A stretch of DNA of 64,000 bases from Gloeobacterales cyanobacterium (GTDB lineage: Bacteria; Cyanobacteriota; Cyanobacteriia; Gloeobacterales; PMM-0068): positions 1 to 64,000 of the forward strand of contig JBBRSB010000011.1 of assembly GCA_038245785.1 (NCBI GenBank), in the 5' to 3' direction. Both the position numbers and the translations under genes were made by a program. Below the pieces are notes generated by a model. It did no database searches, was not told where the DNA came from, and was given only the letters and a program-made list of their open reading frames with translations. Positions 43,096 through 50,410 of the stretch are shown here, in pieces (the first letter of the stretch is position 1; each line of letters opens with the position of its first letter).

Positions 43096-43380
43096 AAATA
43101 CCTTCAACCTCACCTACAAAAATTAGGCAAAGCTAAGCTCACGGGCAATGAGATGAATGGGATTATTGAAGCAGTGCATAAGAGTGCACTACACACCTTA
43201 AAAAAGGATATACAGTCGGGTATCCAGCTTCTCGCCGGATTGGGTGTTGAGAGCGACGTACACATGGGCGTTAAGGTGCCGCCAGAACCACACCACCCAC
43301 TGGATCGGGTCTGATCTGATTGATTACTCTACTGGCTAAAATAAGAGCAGGTCAACGCTAAACTAGAATCGTCCCTGCGC

Positions 43381-43758
43381 ATGACTCCTGTGAATAGCTT
43401 TAATTTCTGGCCCCTCTTAGCGGGTTCTTTAGGGATTCCCCTTTACCTATGGTTTAAGTTCACGCTTTCCAATGTGACAAGAGACTGGAACGCTCTGCTC
43501 AAAGACGGGCTGGCCTCAGCGACTGGTTTTTCCTGGTTGGGCCTTTGGCTATTTTTAGGCTATGACAACTGGCTGCATTGGGCTGGTTTAGCTATCTTCG
43601 TCTGGAGTCTAACCTTTTGGCTTTCTACAGGAGTTGCCTGGCAAAGAGTACAGTCCGAAAAAAAAGGGGGGAAACCAGCCGCCCCATTTACAAAATCATC
43701 CGCTCCTGCCAGCCCAAACCCTAATCGCCAACAGCGTCGCGCTCGCCGCAAGAGTTAA
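43381..43758 (+). CDS. Hypothetical membrane protein
   Basis: About three TM segments and a basic tail 'NRQQRRARRKS'. Confidence 0.7.
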   Translation: MTPVNSFNFWPLLAGSLGIPLYLWFKFTLSNVTRDWNALLKDGLASATGFSWLGLWLFLGYDNWLHWAGLAIFVWSLTFWLSTGVAWQRVQSEKKGGKPAAPFTKSSAPASPNPNRQQRRARRKS

Positions 43759-44666
43759 CTGTTAAGGGCTTGAAGCACCGTCATAATCTGCCGATAAGAT
43801 TCTAACTGGCCCTGACTTTGAAGGAATTGCGCCGCCTTTTGCAAATCTTCTTTTGCTCCTTGCTTGTCTCCTAGGCCAACGCGGGCTGCCCCTCGATTTT
43901 GATAGGCTTGTTGCAAATTAGGATCGAGTTCCAAGGCTAGATTGGAATCCTCAAGTGCAGCTTTATATTCCTTCAAATGTAGATAGGTAAATCCCCTATT
44001 GATATAGACTAAGGCCATCCTAGGATTTAGTTTCAAAGCTTGATCACAGTCTTTCAAAGCCTCTTGATCCTGTCCCAATTGAGCGTAGACAGCTCCACGA
44101 TTGCTGTAGGCTTGAGGGAGGTTAGGATTGAGCTTGAGGGCATAGCCAAAATCATCAATAGCTTTCTGCCATGCATTTGCGTTCATGTAGGCAAGTCCAC
44201 GGTTTAAATAAGCTAAATCCAAGCTCGAATTGATATTCAGAGCACGACTACAATCTTCAATAGCTCCTTGAGTGTCGCCCAATTTTGTACGAGCAAGCCC
44301 ACGATTACTATAGGCTAAAGCAATACTGGGATTCATTTTTAAGACTTGACTATAATCTTGAATAGCGCCTTGATAATCTGCCGCATTATATTTAGCAAGA
44401 CCTTGATTATAGTATTTTACAACTTCCTGATCAGAGGTGTTAAGTAGATGATTTTTGGCGTTATCTACAGGTAACGCAGGGCTACTATTAGGGGCATATT
44501 TTTGCCTACTTTGATTGAGTTGAATGGCATCTTTACGGGTTAGGGTCCCCGCTTTTACCTGCTCTTCTAACCAGTCAGGCATCTCTTGAGCAGAGGCACT
44601 CAATCCCCCAAGAGCTAAAACTTCACAAAGAATTATAAAAATAGCGAAAGCTTTTATCTTATTCAT
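43755..44666 (-). CDS. Secreted tetratricopeptide-repeat protein
   Basis: Signal peptide ending 'ASA'; about six 34-aa 'AY.NRG...A..D...AL.LNP' repeats. Confidence 0.92.
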   Translation of the reverse strand: MNKIKAFAIFIILCEVLALGGLSASAQEMPDWLEEQVKAGTLTRKDAIQLNQSRQKYAPNSSPALPVDNAKNHLLNTSDQEVVKYYNQGLAKYNAADYQGAIQDYSQVLKMNPSIALAYSNRGLARTKLGDTQGAIEDCSRALNINSSLDLAYLNRGLAYMNANAWQKAIDDFGYALKLNPNLPQAYSNRGAVYAQLGQDQEALKDCDQALKLNPRMALVYINRGFTYLHLKEYKAALEDSNLALELDPNLQQAYQNRGAARVGLGDKQGAKEDLQKAAQFLQSQGQLESYRQIMTVLQALNS

Positions 44667-44768
44667 ACAGCTAAGTATTGTCTGCTATAAGATTTAGATT
44701 TCCCTATTTAGGGTAGGGGTCTAAGAAGTTTTGATGAAGTGCAAAAGCTAATGCTCATACTGCTCAAT

Positions 44769-44799
44769 AAAAAAATCCCTTTAAACACAGTAAGGGATT
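44769..44799 (-). terminator. Intrinsic terminator
   Basis: AATCCCTT/AAGGGATT stem; the A-run on its left gives a U-tail on the minus strand, about 30 nt after the 44829 stop. Confidence 0.55.
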
Positions 44800-44828
44800 G
44801 AAATAATAGAAGTGATAAAGGCTAACTA

Positions 44829-45425
44829 CTATTTGGTACTGAAAGGCTGTGCTACGACAGAACCATCTTGCTCTAAAGGTCCGTCTATTTCAAAGTCATA
44901 AACGCCTGGCTTACCTTCATCGATATGGAGCATAGCCCATAACTTCTGTGTCTTAGGAGGTACGATCAGGGTTACTGCTAAGTTGGTATACTCTCCCACT
45001 TTCAGAGGAACTTTTCCCAAAATAGGACCGGGGTGCCCTGCCACATCTCCATGTATGACCAACCATCCTCGCTTCGAGACGAGCACCCGAGAAACCACCA
45101 CTTTATTTTCTATAAGCGCTTGGTCCGTCACTTCTAGGAGAGACGTAGCTTTTTTCTCTGTGGTACTGCCTTTATCTTTGAAGCCGGTTTGGTCGTTAGC
45201 GCTACTCTTCTTCTGAACTTTTTCTATAGAGCTCGGTGATGTTGGTGGAGTCTCTGGAGTACTTAGGGGGGAGGGCTTGGCAATTTCTCCTTTTTCTTCT
45301 TTCTGACCCGTCGGCAGTTCAACAGGCAGTTGACGGGGAAAATTGGGGGAAGATGGAGCGCTGTTTTGAGCAGCTACAGGTAAAGCGATAAGGAACACAA
45401 CGAGAGTGGCTACTATTCTCTTCAT
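44829..45425 (-). CDS. Secreted protein with Pro/Ser linker and C-terminal beta domain
   Basis: Signal 'MKRIVATLVVFLIALPVAA'; domain with 'GWLVIH', 'LWAMLHID', 'YDF..DGP'. Confidence 0.75.
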   Translation of the reverse strand: MKRIVATLVVFLIALPVAAQNSAPSSPNFPRQLPVELPTGQKEEKGEIAKPSPLSTPETPPTSPSSIEKVQKKSSANDQTGFKDKGSTTEKKATSLLEVTDQALIENKVVVSRVLVSKRGWLVIHGDVAGHPGPILGKVPLKVGEYTNLAVTLIVPPKTQKLWAMLHIDEGKPGVYDFEIDGPLEQDGSVVAQPFSTK

Positions 45426-45524
45426 AAAATTTTTGCCGTGAGAGAGCATTTGGGTTAGAGCAGAAGATACAGGATCGGCTAGGTCCTAGAATTGAGTCAT
45501 AGAAGTAATCTTGTCTATTTAGAT

Positions 45525-45563
45525 AAAAAATAACTGCTTAAGGTTCCCAGTCCCTAAGCAGTT
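45525..45563 (-). terminator. Intrinsic terminator
   Basis: AACTGCTTA/TAAGCAGTT stem with A-run 45525-30, downstream of the 45601 stop. Confidence 0.6.
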
Positions 45564-45600
45564 CTGCCAATTATTTAACGCACAGACAAAGTGCCTCTAA

Positions 45601-46116
45601 CTACGAAGAGGGTGCCGCTGGCGCAGGGGGAGCCGTTGGAACTTGACGGGCTCTGTACTGCTTACCAGAGGGTTTCTCTCCATCAGACGCTTCACCCGTG
45701 GTCTGTGTCTTCTCTTCAGGCTTTGTCATCGTTCCTGCGCTGTCAGAGCTAGAGCTGGCAGGCTTATCGGAGGACGTAGATCCAGAAGGACTGGAAGACT
45801 TATCAGAAGAGGTGGTAGACCCAGCTCCAGAAGGACTAGAAGGAGTCGAGGTAACACTTGGATCTGCTGGGGTTGCAGGCTTATCAGAAGACGTAGTCCC
45901 AGAAGAATTGGAAGGACTAGAAGGGCTGGGATTGTAAGGGCTAGAAGAAGGACTGGAAGAGGGGCTAGAAGGACTTACAGGAGCTGTAGTGCCTCCTGAG
46001 CTTGGAGCATCTGCAGGACTAGAGCTGGGCTTTCCATAGGGGTCTTGGGGAAGTGTCTGAGCTGTGGCAGGAAGGGCCATAGCTAACACAGCAAGCAATG
46101 CTAATGCTTTCTTCAT
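45601..46116 (-). CDS. Secreted Ser/Pro/Thr-rich low-complexity protein
   Basis: AGGAG SD, signal 'MKKALALLAVLAMALPATA', repeated 'SSPS' and 'TSSDK' units. Confidence 0.8.
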   Translation of the reverse strand: MKKALALLAVLAMALPATAQTLPQDPYGKPSSSPADAPSSGGTTAPVSPSSPSSSPSSSPYNPSPSSPSNSSGTTSSDKPATPADPSVTSTPSSPSGAGSTTSSDKSSSPSGSTSSDKPASSSSDSAGTMTKPEEKTQTTGEASDGEKPSGKQYRARQVPTAPPAPAAPSS

Positions 46117-46307
46117 TAGATTTTCTCCTTGAGTAAGTAGTGGATAGTCACGATAGAGGGCATTTTGCCCAGAGAACTCTCCACGGGGCAGGCGAGTATA
46201 TAGACGTGCCCTCGCAACAGCACTTGCCTTTAGACAGATATGAATCTTCTGGGGTTCCCCAAATTGGTGGTCTAGGCTACCAAATAAGGTTTAGCTTCAG
46301 TGAAGCA

Positions 46308-47150
46308 TCACGTATGCAGGTCTAGGCTTATATCTAACCAGGATGAGCGCGTAATCGGCGCACTGGTAGAAATAAAATCCACCCCGACCTTGCCAACGGC
46401 CCGGATATTTTCGAGGGTGATATTACCTGAAGCCTCTATGGTGACCGTTCCTGCAATCAGTTTCACCGCTTCCTGCATCGCTTCTGTACCCATGTTGTCA
46501 AGCATGATCGTATCCACCTGGGCTTCCAAGGCCGCCTTGACCTGTTCTAAGGATTCACACTCCACTTCAATCGTTACAGGATAAGGAATAACATTACGGA
46601 TCTGGGCCACAGCTTTCTGAATATTGCCAGCTGCCTCGATATGGTTGTCTTTGATCATGACAGCGTCATCTAGACCCATGCGATGGTTGACGGCTCCACC
46701 CACCCGTGAGGCATATTTCTCTAAAATTCTTAGGCCAGGGGTAGTCTTGCGCGTATCGGTCAGTTTGGCCGTGGTTCCTGCCAGCGCTTCGCTATACCGC
46801 CTTGTAGCCGTAGCAATGCCACTAAGACGCTGAACAAGATTCAACGCTACACGTTCAGCCATCAGTATTCCAGCCACAGGACCCTCCACTAAGGCAATCG
46901 GAGTTCCAGAGGAATGGGCAGTTCCCTCTGCAACCATGGGCTGAAGCATAATCGCAGGATCTGTTAGTTGGAAAATGCGGGCAGCAATGGGCAAGCCAGC
47001 AATGACCCCCTGCTCTTTAAGCAGTACCGTCCCCTTCGTAAAAAGATTCGATTCAGAAAAAAGCGCCATCGTGGTCAGGTCTCCTCTCCCCCAATCTTCT
47101 TGAAGCCATTGACGCAGCAGAGGGTCTAAAAGGAGAGGGTGGGGGAGCAT
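46308..47150 (-). CDS. nadC: Quinolinate phosphoribosyltransferase
   Basis: 'ERVALNL..RLSGIAT', 'DTRKTTPGLR', 'NHRMGLDDAVMIKDNHI', 'EASGNIT'. Confidence 0.97.
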   Translation of the reverse strand: MLPHPLLLDPLLRQWLQEDWGRGDLTTMALFSESNLFTKGTVLLKEQGVIAGLPIAARIFQLTDPAIMLQPMVAEGTAHSSGTPIALVEGPVAGILMAERVALNLVQRLSGIATATRRYSEALAGTTAKLTDTRKTTPGLRILEKYASRVGGAVNHRMGLDDAVMIKDNHIEAAGNIQKAVAQIRNVIPYPVTIEVECESLEQVKAALEAQVDTIMLDNMGTEAMQEAVKLIAGTVTIEASGNITLENIRAVGKVGVDFISTSAPITRSSWLDISLDLHT

Positions 47151-47230
47151 GGATAGTTATTGTGAGTGGCTTTTGTCAGCCTACCGTGAGTCTGCAAAAA
47201 GAAGAACCCCACGCACTTGTCTTTAGTCTA

Positions 47231-47254
47231 TTAGACTCACTATAATGAGTCTAA
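47231..47254. promoter_or_regulatory. Perfect 9-bp inverted repeat overlapping a TATAAT box (operator/promoter)
   Basis: TTAGACTCA-CTATAA-TGAGTCTAA; TATAAT at 47241-47246. Confidence 0.6.
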
Positions 47255-47388
47255 GCAACGCAGTTTACCTATACAAGGAGACGGCCATATTTAGTCAGCT
47301 CCATAGAATCAGAAAGAACATCTGACTGATCAAATAGGCTGCTCTTGCTTTGCGGAAGGCAAGAGCGGCTGTGAGACTAGAAGAATAC

Positions 47389-47429
47389 AAAAGGGCACGA
47401 TGGATGGAACCTTGTGCCCTTATTTATTT
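47389..47429. terminator. Possible bidirectional intrinsic terminator
   Basis: AAGGGCACGA / TTGTGCCCTT stem flanked by an A-run and a T-rich run. Confidence 0.55.
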
Positions 47430-47468
47430 CAGCTCTAGCATCGCTCTTACTCTCTAGCGAATCGCGAA

Positions 47469-48689
47469 TCATACATAGACCTCCCGCAAGGAAGTTTCTT
47501 TCAAAGGAAGTTCAACGTTGATTCGACAGCCAGCTCCTGGCTCTGTAGAAAGCTGCAAGTTACCTTTCAAAGCGGCTACCCGTTCTCGCATACTTTGGAG
47601 ACCAAATCCTGTCGGTTTTGAATCCAACTGGAATCCTCTGCCGTTGTCCTTAACAGTGAGGCTTACCTTGTTCGGGCTAGCGCTAAGTTGAATCATTACC
47701 GTAGTTGCGTGAGCGTGTTTGCAAATGTTGGTTAAGGACTCTTGCACAATCCGGTAAAGGACCTTGCCCACCTGGGGTGAGGGCGCTGTATTCAGCGTCA
47801 TCTGGGTAGTAATAGATATACCCGTACCTTGCCGAAAATCTTCTACTAAAGATTCAAGGGCTGCTTCTAGGGGTTCTTCTTCCCTGGTATCCGCCCGTAG
47901 CGCTCCCACCGATTGACGCACTTCCTTGATCGCCAGTTCTCCCAACCGTTGAGCCTGGGTTAAAAATGACCGGGACTGATTAAGGTCGTTATGCCAGAGT
48001 TTGCCCGCTGTTTGCAATTGAATATTGAGCGCAGTCAATGCATGGCCAAGAGAATCATGGATCTCTCGGGCAATACGGTTACGCTCTCGCACGGCAGCGA
48101 GGTCTTCCACCTGCAGGGCGTATTGCTGCAATTGCTCGTTGGTCTCTACTAGTTTTTCTTGTATCTTGCGATCCGTCAGGGATGTTTTCACCAAGCGCAC
48201 CACAAAGAATAGAGCCAAACCGAAGGTCAAGGTTTCGCCCAGTTGGTGCATCCACAGGTTTTGCTGTTTGGTCATGGTCAGCATGAGCGCGTCCATGCCT
48301 TGCAGATACTGTGCCTGATTTTTCACGTACAGAACAAAAGCCAAACTGCCCACGATCCAGGGGCCAAAAGCCTCAAATAAGAAGCAGCTACGGATGACCA
48401 CCAACAGGTACAACGAAGGCATGATATGAAGATAGCCTAACGATGTTCCATAGAAAATCAAGCCAAATTCAACAGCGGTGTACAACACCTTGATCAACAT
48501 GCTGCCACTCGGCAACCGCAAACCCATCACACCGAGGAGGACAAGAATGAGAAAGTGCTGAATGGGCGGATGGTTGGGTTGCGCTAAGGTTTCCATTAAG
48601 GCGAACATGCCGCAACAGGCCAGCATCAACCACTCGGTGTAAAGCAAAAAGGGAAAAGGATTGGGTTGGAGTTTGAACGAGAAATTCAT
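47469..48689 (-). CDS. Membrane sensor histidine kinase, HisKA_3 (NarX/DesK) type
   Basis: About five TM helices; H-box 'ERNRIAREIHDSLGH', 'QESLTNICKHA', 'DNGRGF', 'GFGLQSMRER'. Confidence 0.93.
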   Translation of the reverse strand: MNFSFKLQPNPFPFLLYTEWLMLACCGMFALMETLAQPNHPPIQHFLILVLLGVMGLRLPSGSMLIKVLYTAVEFGLIFYGTSLGYLHIMPSLYLLVVIRSCFLFEAFGPWIVGSLAFVLYVKNQAQYLQGMDALMLTMTKQQNLWMHQLGETLTFGLALFFVVRLVKTSLTDRKIQEKLVETNEQLQQYALQVEDLAAVRERNRIAREIHDSLGHALTALNIQLQTAGKLWHNDLNQSRSFLTQAQRLGELAIKEVRQSVGALRADTREEEPLEAALESLVEDFRQGTGISITTQMTLNTAPSPQVGKVLYRIVQESLTNICKHAHATTVMIQLSASPNKVSLTVKDNGRGFQLDSKPTGFGLQSMRERVAALKGNLQLSTEPGAGCRINVELPLKETSLREVYV

Positions 48690-48952
48690 GGCAGTAGAAC
48701 TTTCTTTTATTAATACTCTTCATTTCTCAAATAAGCTGTGCCAGGCTGCACATTTATAACTTTCGTCGAAAAACCAGGGGGCGGACTCAACGAAAGTCGT
48801 AGGAGCTATATCCTTTCAGACAGCAAAAGTTAGAGAAAGTTAGTTATTTCGTTGAGGAAGTCTCAAGACGTTTTTCAGATGTTTATTGCATCTTGCCTCT
48901 CTACGATGAGAGCAACTCACATCTAGAGTAATCATCTAAAGAGAGCACTTCA

Positions 48953-49573
48953 ATGACATTCCCAATTCAAGTAGGCACAGACGGTAACGACACCTTAAAC
49001 GGCACCGCTGGCCCTGATATCCTTGTCGGTCTCAAGGGCAATGATGTCCTAAATGGTGGATATGGCAGAGATATTCTGGCGGGGGGTGAAGGCGTGGATA
49101 CCCTTACGGGTGGTTATGGGAAAGACATCTTCTTCTTTGCTGATAATCCTTTCTCTGGGGGAACCCCAACCCCCGCAGCCAATGGAATTCAAGCCTTGAA
49201 TAAACCCGATATTATCAAGGACTACCAAATCGGAGAAGATAAGTTGGTCTTCAGTCACCAACAGCTTGGCGTTAACCACCTCAATTTCGAAAAAGGCGTT
49301 AGCTCCCAACTAAGTGGTTCTAATAATCTTTTGGTATTGCAAGATGCATTTCCTAATGCCGCTGCCGCTGCTAAGGCGATTGCTGATAACAATGCGCTCA
49401 CAGCAGATGCAGGTCTATTTGTCTATTTCAATACGACATTGGGTATTTCCCGAGTTGTATTCTCCCAAGATTTGGGAGATGGTGGACCGATCAGCGTTCT
49501 TGCCAATTTGGACAATCTAAAAGATCCCGCTGGCCAGGCTAATTTCTCTGCGAAAGACTTCGCACTGGTTTAA
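48953..49573 (+). CDS. RTX (hemolysin-type Ca-binding) repeat protein, likely type I secretion substrate
   Basis: Six nonapeptide repeats (GTDGNDTLN, GTAGPDILV, GLKGNDVLN, GGYGRDILA, GGEGVDTLT, GGYGKDIFF); C-terminal 'DFALV'; no Sec signal. Confidence 0.9.
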   Translation: MTFPIQVGTDGNDTLNGTAGPDILVGLKGNDVLNGGYGRDILAGGEGVDTLTGGYGKDIFFFADNPFSGGTPTPAANGIQALNKPDIIKDYQIGEDKLVFSHQQLGVNHLNFEKGVSSQLSGSNNLLVLQDAFPNAAAAAKAIADNNALTADAGLFVYFNTTLGISRVVFSQDLGDGGPISVLANLDNLKDPAGQANFSAKDFALV

Positions 49574-49576
49574 TAC

Positions 49577-49644
49577 GCCCCCTAAATCCCCCAATACTGG
49601 GGGACTTTGAGTCAGAACCCCCCAGTATTGGGGGGCAGGGGGGC
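49577..49644. repeat. Nested palindromic intergenic element
   Basis: CCCCCAATACTGGGGG (49588-49603) is the exact reverse complement of CCCCCAGTATTGGGGG (49619-49634); outer GCCCCC/GGGGGC arms. Confidence 0.75.
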
Positions 49645-49681
49645 TTTCAATTCACCGTTGTGTTTAGAGAGATTACTAAGG

Positions 49682-50410
49682 ATGAATACAACAGTTTTGC
49701 AGTCTGGTGAAGATGTAATTTCATCACCTGAAGTGCTATCCCTTTTGCAGCGGTATCAACTAATACCGCACCTATTGAGAGGAATAGCGATTAACCGGGC
49801 TATTGCTCCTTTCTCTTGCACGGAGACAGAACGAAAAGCGGCCATCGAGCAGTTCTGTGAGCATCATCAACTTACTGATCTCACAATTTTTAATACCTGG
49901 CTTAGAAGGCATCAGTTAACTAAGGCGGGGATGGAGGAACTGGCTATACGTCATGTTCTGATTGAAAAGTTTAAGTGGGCAACCTGGGGCAACAAACTAG
50001 AGTCCTACTTCTTGAAACGCAAGGCAGACCTGGACCAGGTAGTGTATTCTCTGATTCGCACCCAAGACGGGGAACTCGCCCATGAACTTTATTTTCGCCT
50101 GCGTGAGGGTGAACAATCCTTTGCTCAATTAGTGCCGCGATACTCTCAAGGCCCGGAAATTCATACGGGTGGGCTGTTAGGACCGCTCCCCCTGAGTCAA
50201 CCTCACCCAAGCATTCGTAATCTCCTCTCCGTCAGCCAACCAGGCCAACTCTGGCCCCCCTGTGTTGTTGCCGATTGGTTTGTGATTATGCGTCTGGAAA
50301 AATTGTTGCCTGCCCAGTTTGATGCCTCCATGCAGCAACACCTGCTGAATGAACTATTTGAGACCTGGGTTCAAGAACAGGTTCAATCACTTGGGGAGAT
50401 GGTGGCATGA
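49682..50410 (+). CDS. PpiC/parvulin-type peptidylprolyl isomerase associated with type I secretion
   Basis: 'LDQVVYSLIRT', 'ELYFRL.EGEQSF', 'YSQGPE..TGGLLGP'. Start moved to ATG 49682 because the upstream extension runs through the repeat. Confidence 0.88.
   Translation: MNTTVLQSGEDVISSPEVLSLLQRYQLIPHLLRGIAINRAIAPFSCTETERKAAIEQFCEHHQLTDLTIFNTWLRRHQLTKAGMEELAIRHVLIEKFKWATWGNKLESYFLKRKADLDQVVYSLIRTQDGELAHELYFRLREGEQSFAQLVPRYSQGPEIHTGGLLGPLPLSQPHPSIRNLLSVSQPGQLWPPCVVADWFVIMRLEKLLPAQFDASMQQHLLNELFETWVQEQVQSLGEMVA

Noticed and set aside
45750..46030. CRISPR-like or tandem DNA repeats
   Set aside because: The repeats are codon-level consequences of the SSPS/TSSDK protein repeats; there is no constant repeat-spacer period and no cas genes.
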